A stretch of 39,948 bases of DNA from the sequence record OM908436.1, one strand, 5' to 3'. Numbering within the stretch: the first letter of the stretch is position 1; each line of letters opens with the position of its first letter. A program made the position numbers and the translations under genes. The notes beneath the pieces were generated by a model, which saw only the letters and a program-made list of their open reading frames with translations, searched no databases and was not told the DNA's origin. Of the stretch, positions 8,707 to 19,011 are shown one piece after another. The DNA is from Escherichia phage TM1.

Positions 8707-8970
8707 TTATTGAACGCCATACCCTGTGTCATTATCCTCAGTCGCTGAAAGCACCTTATCGTACTCTGCGTTCAGGGCCTCCATATCAGCCAGCGTCTTC
8801 TCGTCCACAGACACCTTGCTTAACACAAAGTTGTGGCGAGCAAGCAGCTTCTCAATGGCGTTGTAGAGCTGAGGTGAACGCTTAGAGTCATCCCGCAGGT
8901 CTTGCAGCATGAGTCGAGCACGTTCAGTATCTAGCATTAAGAGGAACTTCTCTAAGTCCATCTGCGTCAT
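8707..8970 (-). CDS. gp18: Terminase small subunit (T7 gp18-like)
   Basis: 87 aa, position between holin and Rz-like genes; size matches T7 gp18. Confidence 0.75.
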   Translation of the reverse strand: MTQMDLEKFLLMLDTERARLMLQDLRDDSKRSPQLYNAIEKLLARHNFVLSKVSVDEKTLADMEALNAEYDKVLSATEDNDTGYGVQ

Positions 8971-9161
8971 GTTTTACCGCCTCCTTTAATCGTTTTGTAG
9001 ACTAGCACACCAATCTGGACAACGGTGTACGCGATAGCTGCAACGTAGAACCATTCGTTCAGTGTGAGTCCAAAGAAGAACCGACTGGCACCATCAGCCG
9101 CAGCGGTCCCGACGATAGGAGAGGCTTTAAGGACCTCATTCTTGAAGTCTAACTCAATCAT
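8967..9161 (-). CDS. gp17.5: Class II holin (T7 gp17.5-like)
   Basis: 64 aa; FFFGLTLNEWFYVAAIAYTVVQIG matches T7 gp17.5 LFFGLSLNEWFYVAAIAYTVVQIG. Confidence 0.85.
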   Translation of the reverse strand: MIELDFKNEVLKASPIVGTAAADGASRFFFGLTLNEWFYVAAIAYTVVQIGVLVYKTIKGGGKT

Positions 9162-9203
9162 AAAACCTCCAGTTTAAAGCGGGTCATCCTTGACCCAAAG
9201 TTG

Positions 9204-11204
9204 TTACCAGTAGTACCAATCACCTTTCCTACTTCTAATTAGAACAGAGCAATCGGCAACAGGTACTGTAGATACCCCACCAATCCTTATCTCATATAAT
9301 TTACTGGGTAGTCTTTTCTTAGTTAGAGATGCTTTAAAATCTGTACCGGTTACAGTGATATATTCTGTCCCCTCCTCACTAGCTATCTGTAGGTCCAGGC
9401 CACTGGGACTTGCTGGCAACTTAACATAAAGCTGCTGTTCTGCTGTACTACCGGCGAAATGACCAATAACGGTAGTTGTCCACTCACTCAAAGTCAGCCC
9501 TGAACGCACAAAATCTACATTAAGGGGTTCCTTAATAAGTGCAGCAGGTGCGTTGTAATTATGCCCGTTAAGTACATAGTAGTTGCTGCTGCCAACCTCT
9601 ACTGTGTCTGCTGTGCAATATGAGTGGAATGTTCTTGAATTATCAAAACGATAAAGACTTCTGATTAGCACACGCTCTTGATTACTTCTGGTTAAGATGC
9701 CACAACCAGCAGATAGGTGAAGTGTAGAGATGGTAAGTGTATGACTCTCGCTGTTAGCCTTAGACGACAATAATGATACCTTCGGCTCACCCACCTGAGT
9801 GAAGTCTTTACTGTTGCCCTCGCAGTACATAACCCCAATGTCCCACGCAGCAGGGTCCATTGTTACCACACCAGCACCAGATGTATTCTCAGAGCAAATC
9901 ACACCAACACTAGTAGATAAACCACGACCTAAGATAATACCAGCACCTATCGTATATTTACTCGCATCATCTGTGATTGGGTCATAACCTAGTCCAGTAG
10001 ACTTATCTGTACCCCATGCACTAATGTGAGGGAAGTGTGTAGCATTTACATAGGTATCCCCTTGCTCACCTTCCGTTGAATAACCTAATGCCATGCCCCT
10101 TGCACAGTTGTTTGCATGGAGAGTACCCATTTGAAAATACCAGCAAGCAAACATTACAATGCCATATCTATTAGCATTATATGCATAGATACTACCCATC
10201 TCGGATTCTGCACACATTAGTCGTGCGTAAAAACCGTACGATGCAATGTCTGCACAGTCTATGTTAAGACTACCAATCAAACGTAGCCCTCGTACTTGGT
10301 TCTCAGTATTAGCTACATCAACGGTTTTGGTTCCAATAGGAAATTTACTAACACGAACAACAGATTTTAATGCAGGCCATGTTGGACCAATTGCTTTAAT
10401 TGTTGCCCCATTTAGATTCCCACGTAGGTAAGAGGGGATAACAACCTCATCTGTTACGTGGTAGGTAGCCTTGCCATCAAGGTTTAATGTGCCTGTAGCT
10501 ATGGCCAATTTTATAGCAGGTAGACAGTCAAAGCTGGGGTCGTTCGGGATTGCCCCAAAGTTCTCAGGTGAGTGCTCATCAAGCCCATCCAGCTTACCTA
10601 CGTTAGTCCAATTGGAATCAGGGGTTGAACCTGCAGGCACTGTTTTTGGGAGAGCACCATCCCAGCGGTAATAATAACCATCCTCTTCCCTTAGCAGGAC
10701 CTCGTTCCATAGTGTAACGGTGAAGCCTTTCTCGAAGGAGCTACGGGTAATATAGCCAATTAGACCAGCCTCCCTGATACTCGAAACTATTCGTCGTGCT
10801 TCGTCCTCGCTATCCTTAGCGCTGCCAGCAGAGTTACCAGCAGCATCGGCATATTCCTTCGCTAAGTCAACAGTTTGGTCTCGCCCTTCTTCTGCAATAT
10901 GGATAGCCTGAAGCTCCGAATTGGTCAGGTCACTAGCTGTCAACACTGAGCCATTCCTGAAGTCTACCACTAAGTCAGTTCCAGTCTGACGGTGAATACG
11001 CACGACGTCGAAACCTGATTGGTCAGCCAACATCTCAATCATCGTTGGATTAAGGAATCGGTAATCTCGACCAACTTCCAGTACACGGTTCAGGGCAGGG
11101 TTAGAGCTATTCACCAGCGTAACAACAACAAACGTTCTGGCTAGGTAGTCGAACTCAATCCTGTACCGAGTGTTTCCTGAAGGGAATTGTGTAATCGTGG
11201 ACAT
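9204..11204 (-). CDS. gp17: Tail fiber / tailspike: T7 gp17-like N-terminal domain fused to a non-T7 C-terminal receptor-binding domain (probable beta-helix polysaccharide depolymerase)
   Basis: N-terminal [13 protein letters not shown] and [14 protein letters not shown]...[11 protein letters not shown] match T7 gp17 FEYLARKFVVVTL and VDFTDGSILRAYDL...QTMHVAEEARD; residues from about 150 onward have no T7 counterpart and are rich in short G-x-hydrophobic repeats. Confidence 0.85.
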   Translation of the reverse strand: MSTITQFPSGNTRYRIEFDYLARTFVVVTLVNSSNPALNRVLEVGRDYRFLNPTMIEMLADQSGFDVVRIHRQTGTDLVVDFRNGSVLTASDLTNSELQAIHIAEEGRDQTVDLAKEYADAAGNSAGSAKDSEDEARRIVSSIREAGLIGYITRSSFEKGFTVTLWNEVLLREEDGYYYRWDGALPKTVPAGSTPDSNWTNVGKLDGLDEHSPENFGAIPNDPSFDCLPAIKLAIATGTLNLDGKATYHVTDEVVIPSYLRGNLNGATIKAIGPTWPALKSVVRVSKFPIGTKTVDVANTENQVRGLRLIGSLNIDCADIASYGFYARLMCAESEMGSIYAYNANRYGIVMFACWYFQMGTLHANNCARGMALGYSTEGEQGDTYVNATHFPHISAWGTDKSTGLGYDPITDDASKYTIGAGIILGRGLSTSVGVICSENTSGAGVVTMDPAAWDIGVMYCEGNSKDFTQVGEPKVSLLSSKANSESHTLTISTLHLSAGCGILTRSNQERVLIRSLYRFDNSRTFHSYCTADTVEVGSSNYYVLNGHNYNAPAALIKEPLNVDFVRSGLTLSEWTTTVIGHFAGSTAEQQLYVKLPASPSGLDLQIASEEGTEYITVTGTDFKASLTKKRLPSKLYEIRIGGVSTVPVADCSVLIRSRKGDWYYW

Positions 11205-11250
11205 TATGCCTCCTTTGTGATTTAAATGGAGACCTATGGTAGCGCCTCCA

Positions 11251-11273
11251 GTTTCCTATAGTGATAGTTTAGT
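11251..11273 (-). promoter_or_regulatory. Phage-RNAP promoter upstream of the tail fiber gene (phi17-like)
   Basis: ACTAAACTATCACTATA/GGAAAC; overlaps the gp16 stop codon. Confidence 0.7.
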
Positions 11274-14200
11274 CCTTGATGTGGATGCCTTGCTCCTCAA
11301 ACGTTCCAAGCAACAGCTTCTGGGTAATTGGGTCGTTCGGAACCAGTTCACGGAACGTATTATACATCCCGGTCATGTAGTCACGCTCGTTGACGCGAGT
11401 ATCAGCCTTGAGGTAGCCAGCCAAGTTGTAAGCCGAAGCGCCAACGTTAGCAGCATATCCGAAAGCTGGAACCTGCTCCAAGAAGTTACCAACAACATTC
11501 ATAACAGGGTCACTTGTAGACGCACCATACGCGATGGCGCGTTCAGGCTTCTCTGTAGGCGAACGAGGTAGGATAGACGAACGTAGCATCTTAGTGTCCT
11601 CATACCCAGCGATGCCACCCAGAATGTTAGCTACCCCAAGTGGGCCACCCAGATGTGAACTACGGGACAGAGCCGCATAACCAATCATCGTCGGGTCAAG
11701 AGCTTGCTTGAGGTATTCACGGTCTCTGCCATCCTGCATAGCGTAAGCCTTGACGTGAGCCTGAGCCATGTAGTAGATACCAGCCAGACCCATAGACATC
11801 ACAGTGGACAGAGCAGCATCCATCGCTCGGTTGTTCTTCGTGGCGTTATAGAAGGTTCGCATGGTACGTCCATTGATGGACTTGATGACGAAGTTCTTAA
11901 ACTGAAGGACAGTCTTAGCGAGAGGGCCATAAGCCTTGGCGTCCATGTTTGACAGCTTGTGGGGCCGGAGTAACGTTTCGTCAGCGATGGTGTCACCCAT
12001 ACGCCACAGGTCCATAGCCCTTGGGTCCTGACTGAACGCCTTCTTATCCTTGATGGTGTACTTCCCGTCTGGACCACGAGTCACTGACTCACGGATTAAT
12101 GACTTAATGCCCTTCCACTGCTCGTCAGATATACCAGCGGTCTTCAGCCATCTGTCATCGAACTTACGCTTACTGCCAGTCAGACTATGCTCCACGATGT
12201 CAGACAGGAAGCCTTGACGTCCAGCATCTAACAGGTAGTTGGTCGTACCGTTGAGGACTTTAGTGAACGGAGAGCGTACTGCAAGTTCGCCAGTGTAATA
12301 CTTGGCAGAGCCTAAAGCCGTAGCCGCAGGTTTACTCAAGGCGCTGTAAGACCGAAGACGGTCAATGACATCCTGTTTAGACGGACGGATTGAGTCATCA
12401 AGCTCCTTACCGAAGATAACATTGTGCAGGTCCTTAATCTCTGAGGCTCCTACCTTCTTGTTACGGAAGGCTAGGTCACGGAATATCGGGACTCCATGAA
12501 GCATTGCACGAACGTTACCACGAGCCAGCATACCACCAATCTCCGTTAAGTTCTGAACACCCATGTAGGCATTCTTAGCGAAGAACGATAGGTCAGTCAT
12601 TGTTCGCATCACGGTAGCGAAGGCTGCATCGTCAGCACCATCACGTCGAGCACGACCAGTTAGAATCTTCAGGGTGTCACGCAAGGTAGATACTTCACCT
12701 TTCAACTTTCCGTCATCACCAGCCTTGTTCATCATGGTCTCAACCAAGTCCTTCATTTCTTTCGTTGTCTTGCCTGTACCAGCCATAATAGCAATGTCAC
12801 CATTAACTCGACGGTTGTATGCCGGGACAATCTTGTCCATGTCCCACTCACGCAGGTTGTTGACACTGAAGGTTTGACCATTAGGAAGAATTATTGACAT
12901 ATCGCTGTCGAACAGGTTACGAGCCTCAAGGAAGCTGTTGTTCTCCAGACCCACCAGACCGTTGATGTTCTCTTCCATTACGGATGAACGCTCGAACTGC
13001 TCGGTGTGAGAGATACCATAAGCCTTATCGTTGGCGTACTTATCGACCGCAGCCGCAAGTCCTTCTGGAGTCAACGTAGGGTCAGCCTCTAGGAGTGCCT
13101 CGTCCACACGTTTCTTGACCTCAGGTCGAGACGCATAGCTGGTCAACCATGACTTCTTGATGGCCTCCTGTAGTGCCTCTGGACTTCCAAGCTCCTTGAT
13201 GTACAGCTCCTTCATCTGGTTGCTATACACATGTGGGACGTAGGTTCCCTTGAATCGGCTACCCGGAAAGATAGACTGAGCGTCTGGACGACCAAACATC
13301 GCCGGGTTCTCCATCATCTCACGCTTGGCGTCAAACTGGTTCTTCAGCAGGTCATAGACTTTCAGTTCTCCCGGAGTCAGTTCAGCCTTCAGGTTCCCAC
13401 TTCCGTCTTCAATAGCCATAGACACACGCTGGTAGATGTCCTGACGGAATGCGCCAGAGTCTCGCCAGAATGCTGTCTGGAAGTATGGGTCCTTGAGAGC
13501 CTCAGTAACCGCGTCGTCAATGTCGTTGTAGAACCGATGGTCAACAGCACGAAGTCTCTCGAATACGTCTGACGCAGTGGTCCCGATTTTACCTGAGGCC
13601 CCTGACTGCATACCTGTTGGTGAACGCACTAAGTCAGCAGCGACTCCGCGAATCTCAGGGTTCTCAGACCGAAGCAGCTTCAGGCCAATCTCAGTTAGCC
13701 CACCAAGGTTCACACCAGCAGCGGCACGTTCAGGCTCAATCACTTCGTCAAAGACCTTACGTGTCTTAGGGTTCAGAGGGTTTTCACCAATCAGTATTGA
13801 ACCGTCTTCTAATCGTACACTACCCGGCTCATTCGGAACGTCAGCGAACTTAACACCTTGATGACTAAAGGTCTGCTCACCTTCCTGAATAGGGAGACGA
13901 GACAGGTCCTGACCATCAACGTTACGGGCTGTCTCACGAGCTTCCAGACGTGTAGCTGGGCCAGCGAACTCGTTAGTGTTGCGACCTAAGGCTCTGCCTA
14001 GGCCATCAGCGATAGCAGTCATGCCACCACCGAAGAGAGCACCGCCAAGGATAGCTTCAGCCACATGAGCATCACCACCAGCCACTGAGGTACGGGCCAT
14101 CTCGGACACACCAGACAGTGCTCCAGATTGAGCAGCCACGGTGAACATCTTGTTGACCAGCTTACCGCCTTTACCAACCTGTCCAGCTATAGGAACGTAG

Positions 14201-15165
14201 GTCAGCGGGTCTACACCCGAACCAATCACACCAGCAGCTAACTGAGCACCAGTCCCAGCCTTGGCCTTCTCTTGGTCCAACTTCTGGTTCTCAAGAGCCA
14301 AGTTAATAAGCTCGGTCAGGTTCTGAGGGGAGCCACCAGTGATGACCCCGTAATACTGAGGAAGAACTCCAGCGTTACGAATCTGGTCCAGCTCCTCACG
14401 AGACCACTTATGGTTGTTCCAGCGGGTCGGGTTAAACACATCGCCAATGACATCAAGTGAGTCCTCGGTCTGACCAGCGCGGATAGCCACGCCGACCATA
14501 GAGTTCTTCACTTCAGCTTCTGTAGCCTGGCCGAAACCGAACCACGTAGAGCGATCCTCTCGTTCCTGCATGGTCTCGCCAGCAGACTTATAGAACATCT
14601 CACCGAACGATTCGTTGGGAGCTTCAGGTGCTTGACCCTCAATGTTTAGACCAGCAGCGGTCGGAAGGTTCTCGCCCAGAGCTACTTTAGGTTTAGCCTT
14701 GAGTCCTTCCGTGAGTGCGTCAAATACGTTAGCGCTTACTGGTGGAGTCTTTGGGGTGATGCCCCCAGCACCACTTAAGGCGCGAGAGACTCCTAGCTTG
14801 TAGACCTCAGGGTCATACCGGGAACCAGTCTCATGGTAGCCGATAGCCTCAGACAGAGAGGCGAGGACATCAGGGTTCGTCAGGTCGATACTTTGTGTTG
14901 CTGGAATACCAGTCGCAGCCACAACAGAGTTGATGTAGGACTGAGTGTCGTTCTCATTAGGTGGTGCCCAGCGGTTGATAATCTTCTCGATAGAATCATA
15001 GCCCTGTCGACCATATGACATCAGGTTCTTAGCCAGAGCGCGTACACCGGAGTCGGGGGTGTCAAAAGTCACGAACGCCCCGTCATCACCCGTAGCCCCT
15101 TCCCACTGGTCCTTGGACACACGGATGTTCCCGATGTTGTTGTTTCTTATTCCACGTGCTGCCAT
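11269..15165 (-). CDS. gp16: Internal virion protein D with N-terminal lytic transglycosylase-like region (T7 gp16-like)
   Basis: 1298 aa versus 1318 in T7; position between gp15 and the tail fiber. Confidence 0.85.
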   Translation of the reverse strand: MAARGIRNNNIGNIRVSKDQWEGATGDDGAFVTFDTPDSGVRALAKNLMSYGRQGYDSIEKIINRWAPPNENDTQSYINSVVAATGIPATQSIDLTNPDVLASLSEAIGYHETGSRYDPEVYKLGVSRALSGAGGITPKTPPVSANVFDALTEGLKAKPKVALGENLPTAAGLNIEGQAPEAPNESFGEMFYKSAGETMQEREDRSTWFGFGQATEAEVKNSMVGVAIRAGQTEDSLDVIGDVFNPTRWNNHKWSREELDQIRNAGVLPQYYGVITGGSPQNLTELINLALENQKLDQEKAKAGTGAQLAAGVIGSGVDPLTYVPIAGQVGKGGKLVNKMFTVAAQSGALSGVSEMARTSVAGGDAHVAEAILGGALFGGGMTAIADGLGRALGRNTNEFAGPATRLEARETARNVDGQDLSRLPIQEGEQTFSHQGVKFADVPNEPGSVRLEDGSILIGENPLNPKTRKVFDEVIEPERAAAGVNLGGLTEIGLKLLRSENPEIRGVAADLVRSPTGMQSGASGKIGTTASDVFERLRAVDHRFYNDIDDAVTEALKDPYFQTAFWRDSGAFRQDIYQRVSMAIEDGSGNLKAELTPGELKVYDLLKNQFDAKREMMENPAMFGRPDAQSIFPGSRFKGTYVPHVYSNQMKELYIKELGSPEALQEAIKKSWLTSYASRPEVKKRVDEALLEADPTLTPEGLAAAVDKYANDKAYGISHTEQFERSSVMEENINGLVGLENNSFLEARNLFDSDMSIILPNGQTFSVNNLREWDMDKIVPAYNRRVNGDIAIMAGTGKTTKEMKDLVETMMNKAGDDGKLKGEVSTLRDTLKILTGRARRDGADDAAFATVMRTMTDLSFFAKNAYMGVQNLTEIGGMLARGNVRAMLHGVPIFRDLAFRNKKVGASEIKDLHNVIFGKELDDSIRPSKQDVIDRLRSYSALSKPAATALGSAKYYTGELAVRSPFTKVLNGTTNYLLDAGRQGFLSDIVEHSLTGSKRKFDDRWLKTAGISDEQWKGIKSLIRESVTRGPDGKYTIKDKKAFSQDPRAMDLWRMGDTIADETLLRPHKLSNMDAKAYGPLAKTVLQFKNFVIKSINGRTMRTFYNATKNNRAMDAALSTVMSMGLAGIYYMAQAHVKAYAMQDGRDREYLKQALDPTMIGYAALSRSSHLGGPLGVANILGGIAGYEDTKMLRSSILPRSPTEKPERAIAYGASTSDPVMNVVGNFLEQVPAFGYAANVGASAYNLAGYLKADTRVNERDYMTGMYNTFRELVPNDPITQKLLLGTFEEQGIHIKD

Positions 15166-15596
15166 GTTAATCTCCTCTTGATTCGACTAATAGTTACTGG
15201 TGAGATTCCTAAAATCCGTGCCAGTTCCACACCACTCTTCTCACTTGAACGGATAAACCTGACGTCATCTTCAGTAAGTACGCAGGTACTAATCTGAGAG
15301 CCTTTAGCTTGACGACCTCTCTTGGTCATATCCTCCATGTTGTCACGATGTGTCCCTAATACTAAATGTTTAGGGTTCACGCAATACCTGTTGTCGCATG
15401 TGTGACGAAGTACACTACCTTTCGGTATTGGACCATTCGCTAACTCATAGGCAACACGATGCGCTCCTACGGTCTTTCCGTCGACCCATATGTTTCCATA
15501 CCCACTGCTGTTCAATCCTCCAGTGAAGCGGATACAGCCAGTTTCTTCCGAAATAGAAAGACGTGCCAGTCTCTCACTGGCTGTCCCGTTCTTCAT
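15147..15596 (-). CDS. HNH homing endonuclease inserted between gp15 and gp16
   Basis: 149 aa; GYGNIWVDGKTVGAHRVAYELANGPIPKGSVLRHTCDNRYCVNPKHLVLGTHRDN is a typical HNH motif with conserved H/C/N positions; T7 has no gene here. Confidence 0.75.
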   Translation of the reverse strand: MKNGTASERLARLSISEETGCIRFTGGLNSSGYGNIWVDGKTVGAHRVAYELANGPIPKGSVLRHTCDNRYCVNPKHLVLGTHRDNMEDMTKRGRQAKGSQISTCVLTEDDVRFIRSSEKSGVELARILGISPVTISRIKRRLTWQHVE

Positions 15597-15598
15597 GT

Positions 15599-17881
15599 TT
15601 ACTCCTTACCAATTAGTACGTTTGCGATACCCTCCAGTGAGACGTCATTATACATCCCACCGCGCTTCTCGATGTTGGCCTCTCGGTCAGCTCGACGTTT
15701 GTCACCAGCAGCTTTAGTCCCGACGATACGCGCTCGCTTGTTAGCGTCACGTTCTGCCTGAGCGTATGCGGCATCTTGTGCCTTCTGCTGTTGTTCGCGG
15801 TAGAGTTTACCTACAAGTTCTTTATCGTAGCGAATACGAATAGTCCCTGTAGCGTCTTGGAGGAAGATAGAGCCGTTCTGTTCAACAACGGACAACTGAG
15901 AGTTAACTACCCAAGGGTTGGCCTTAATGAGCTGCTTACGAGCGGTGTCGATAATGTCTCGACCTACCTGCCATGACTCTGGGTTATCCCCAACCATAAG
16001 TTGGTGCTTGGACACCATGCCGATGGACTTACCGTCAGAACCTTCAGACTGGAACGTTACGGTGTTCTCATTAAGCCAGCGTTGAGTCTGCTGAGTTGCA
16101 GCATCAGCGTTACCTGTACGATAGTACCATGAGTCCCAGACCTTACGAGCACTTGAGTCCAGAGACGTAGGAAGACGCGAAAGGTCCTTATTCCGAGAGT
16201 CGTTCTTCAACTCCTGCCACGCCTTGTCTGACTCCATGCGCATCTCACGGCTTTGACTTGCAGCTTGCTTATCAGCTTCAATCATCGTCTGAGGGTCCAG
16301 ACCCATCTTGTCCATCTGGTCGAACGTAGAGAACAACTGAGCTTGGTCAGGATACAGAGCAGCGAAACTTGAAGGGTCCTGAGTGTAGGCACGACGAAGA
16401 TACTCGAAGCGTTTCATCTTGTCTGGGTCGTACTGTCCACGGATGACCGCAGCTTGCCACTCACCAGCAGCGTCCTGAGTAAGCGTCTGGAAGGCATTAC
16501 GGAATGGACCGTTGTTAGTGTCAGCCCTTAACAATGCCACCTTCTGGGCGTCCTTAGCAGCCTCAGGGATGTCCATCTGGTCAATCTGCTGTAGCTTGGC
16601 AGCCGCATAGTTGTTCATGTCCGAACGCTTGAACTCGCCTGTTGCTTCAGAGACCGGAAGGTCCTCATAGTTGGTGGACACGTTGTCCCCAGCCAGACGC
16701 CGCTGATACACTTGGTCTATGACCAGTTGCTTGTTCTGGGTCTGGATTAACTTAGTGTTCTCCTTAGCCTGTTCAGCGGACTTACGCTTGACCGCTTCCA
16801 GTAAGCTGGCTTCGGCATTAATAAGCATCTGACGCTGAGGCGTTAGTTCTTCACCGGGTTGAAGCAGGTTGTTCTGCTCCTTGAGTTTCTGAATCTGGGC
16901 AAGACCAATGGTTGGGTCGTCCTGAAGAATCGCAGACTGAACGCCTAACGCCAAGTCTTCCTGATACTTAGCCACCAGTTTATACTCAGTACCTTGGGCC
17001 TCAACAATAGCAGCATTGAAGACGTCAGGTCCTACAATCTCTTCGACGGTAGCGTCAACACCGTTAAGGGTGATACGCTCGCCACGGACTTGCTGTAGGA
17101 AGTTTGATCCTCCTGACTTCTGGATTGCGTCACGGACCGTCTGGGTGATGACCTCTCGTGCTCTCTGGTCCGAAGGTATAGCAGCAGTCGTCAGTCCATC
17201 CCGAAGGTAGGCCATGAAGGTCTTTCCAGACTCAGGCGAACGCATCAGGTCCCCATCGTTAAGGAACGAGTTCAACTCAATACGAGTGTTCAACATTGCT
17301 GTCTCTTCAGACTGCTTGCTGAAATACTTATTGAATGACCCGTAGATAGCGATGTTTCGGTCCGTGATGTTATCGTTGAATCCACGCTGGAAGAACTCGT
17401 CTGTAGGGTTAATGCCTGCCTCTTCAGCATAGGACTTAGCAGCATCCTGAAGTCGCTGGTGGCGATATTCTTCCATTTCCTGACGTGTGCGGAACTCACC
17501 GTTCTGAATCTTAACGTTAATCTCGTCGTCTACAGCAAAGGCAGCATTACGACCAGTCTTGACTCGAAGTGCTTCCATAGCGTAAGGGTCGTCCTGATAC
17601 AGCAATGTGCCGTTCTGGATAGCCTCACGTCTTTGCTGAGGTGTCAGCTTACGGATAATCTCGTTAGACCGCTCGTCAGCTCTGGTCTTCTCCTCGTCCT
17701 TGAACTGCTTGTACAATCCTGTCCCAGACTCAACGAAGTTGGTTAACGCACGAGCCAGACCGGAGTCACCAGTCGGAGCCTGAACGCTGGCTGCTTGATA
17801 GTTTACGGCGATAGCTTTACCCGGCGCTCTGCCACGACCCATAGTCCGATTAGCCAGAGCTGATTCAATATTACTAGCCAT
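15599..17881 (-). CDS. gp15: Internal virion protein C (T7 gp15-like)
   Basis: 760 aa versus 747 in T7; position between gp14 and gp16. Confidence 0.8.
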   Translation of the reverse strand: MASNIESALANRTMGRGRAPGKAIAVNYQAASVQAPTGDSGLARALTNFVESGTGLYKQFKDEEKTRADERSNEIIRKLTPQQRREAIQNGTLLYQDDPYAMEALRVKTGRNAAFAVDDEINVKIQNGEFRTRQEMEEYRHQRLQDAAKSYAEEAGINPTDEFFQRGFNDNITDRNIAIYGSFNKYFSKQSEETAMLNTRIELNSFLNDGDLMRSPESGKTFMAYLRDGLTTAAIPSDQRAREVITQTVRDAIQKSGGSNFLQQVRGERITLNGVDATVEEIVGPDVFNAAIVEAQGTEYKLVAKYQEDLALGVQSAILQDDPTIGLAQIQKLKEQNNLLQPGEELTPQRQMLINAEASLLEAVKRKSAEQAKENTKLIQTQNKQLVIDQVYQRRLAGDNVSTNYEDLPVSEATGEFKRSDMNNYAAAKLQQIDQMDIPEAAKDAQKVALLRADTNNGPFRNAFQTLTQDAAGEWQAAVIRGQYDPDKMKRFEYLRRAYTQDPSSFAALYPDQAQLFSTFDQMDKMGLDPQTMIEADKQAASQSREMRMESDKAWQELKNDSRNKDLSRLPTSLDSSARKVWDSWYYRTGNADAATQQTQRWLNENTVTFQSEGSDGKSIGMVSKHQLMVGDNPESWQVGRDIIDTARKQLIKANPWVVNSQLSVVEQNGSIFLQDATGTIRIRYDKELVGKLYREQQQKAQDAAYAQAERDANKRARIVGTKAAGDKRRADREANIEKRGGMYNDVSLEGIANVLIGKE

Positions 17882-17892
17882 TATTCCTCCTC

Positions 17893-18480
17893 TTAGCTAT
17901 GACCTGTAGGTGTGCCTTTAGCAGCACTAATAGGTGCAGCACCGCCAGAGCTGGACGCTCCAGAGATTGACTTACCAGCGGCGTAACCTTGCATCCCGGC
18001 GCTAGCAACATTAAGTGCATGGGCCAGTGGGCTGGTCTTGATGATTTTACCTTGACCACGGATAGCAGACTTTGTGTTCTCAATGTTGGCGATACGGTTC
18101 CCGAAGATAGCCGCATAGTCTCGGTTGTAACTTTCGGTAATCCCTGCTCGCTCCTTGACTATATCTCCTTTGACCTGACGTTCAATCCTGTCCATAGAGT
18201 TACCTTCCAGACCTGACTCAGCCACTGCAGCTCTGACCATGCCCTGATTGCGTATACCATTGAGCGTGGTCTCTGTCAATTCAGCCATCTGCTGCTCCTT
18301 CAGGTCTCGCTCCTGCATTCTCAGGTTGGCGTCAGAGTAGTTCATCTGCTTAACCATTTCCTGAGCCTGTCGGTTCTGAGCGTCAATTGCTGCACCTTCG
18401 GCCTTTGCCTGCTGGGATGCGGACATAGTGGCCCCGGCTACAGCCATGATACCCATGCCGATACTTACGGGTTCACACAT
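17893..18480 (-). CDS. gp14: Internal virion protein B (T7 gp14-like)
   Basis: 195 aa; starts MC, glycine/alanine-rich N-terminus, SMDRIERQVKG matches T7 SMDRIKRVTEG. Confidence 0.8.
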   Translation of the reverse strand: MCEPVSIGMGIMAVAGATMSASQQAKAEGAAIDAQNRQAQEMVKQMNYSDANLRMQERDLKEQQMAELTETTLNGIRNQGMVRAAVAESGLEGNSMDRIERQVKGDIVKERAGITESYNRDYAAIFGNRIANIENTKSAIRGQGKIIKTSPLAHALNVASAGMQGYAAGKSISGASSSGGAAPISAAKGTPTGHS

Positions 18481-18935
18481 ACGTCCTCCTTAGAGATAGT
18501 GAATAACTGAAAACGCTCACCAGTTACCGGGCTGATAGTCCAATCATCATGGAACTTAGCCCCAAGCAACTTCAAGAATTTAATGTGAGACTTATTGCCT
18601 GACCACACGTAGTTCCAGATGGTCCCGTATTGGTCTAACATTAAGTCCCTGTACTCAGAGATACGCTTTATGAACTCTCGCTTCTCTTTAGGTCTCAGCT
18701 TGTGGACCAGACCAGAAGTCAAGAACCATACGTTATCCCCTTGGTTTCCACCATAGGCAAACACTTCGCCTACACCGTTCGTTAAAACCACAGATGACGG
18801 AGATAGGTGCTTAAGCAGTCTTTCAGAGATACCAACGGTTGACCCATAGTTTGCTTTGCACTCATTAACATCATCTGCTGAAAGATGCCACAGAAAGTAG
18901 TGGACATCCGGTTCCGTAGCCTTGCGAATATACAT
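18465..18935 (-). CDS. Protein at the gene 13 position (putative internal virion / assembly protein)
   Basis: 156 aa ORF between the phi13-like promoter and gp14; assignment by position only. Confidence 0.5.
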   Translation of the reverse strand: MYIRKATEPDVHYFLWHLSADDVNECKANYGSTVGISERLLKHLSPSSVVLTNGVGEVFAYGGNQGDNVWFLTSGLVHKLRPKEKREFIKRISEYRDLMLDQYGTIWNYVWSGNKSHIKFLKLLGAKFHDDWTISPVTGERFQLFTISKEDVCVNP

Positions 18936-18964
18936 AAAGTCTCCTTATAACCTTAAGGGCCTAT

Positions 18965-18987
18965 AGTCCCTATAGTGATAGTTAAGG
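18965..18987 (-). promoter_or_regulatory. Phage-RNAP promoter (phi13-like), lying in the loop of a 12-bp perfect inverted repeat
   Basis: CCTTAACTATCACTATA/GGGACT; flanked by AAGGGCCTATAG (18955-18966) and CTATAGGCCCTT (18993-19004). Confidence 0.7.
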
Positions 18988-19011
18988 TAAATCTATAGGC
19001 CCTTCAATAAG

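Noticed and set aside
11799-12077. Minus-strand ORFs nested in alternative frames inside large genes (for example 11799-12077 in gp16, 6449-6649, 6860-7078, 7352-7534 and 7709-7900 in terminase, 19620-19931 in gp12, 22448-22654 in capsid, 23636-23944 in scaffold, 29506-29794 in the HNH/gp5 region)
   Set aside because: They are fully embedded out of frame in conserved coding sequence with no independent start signals; the only embedded ORF retained is the Rz1-like lipoprotein, which has a lipobox and a known precedent.
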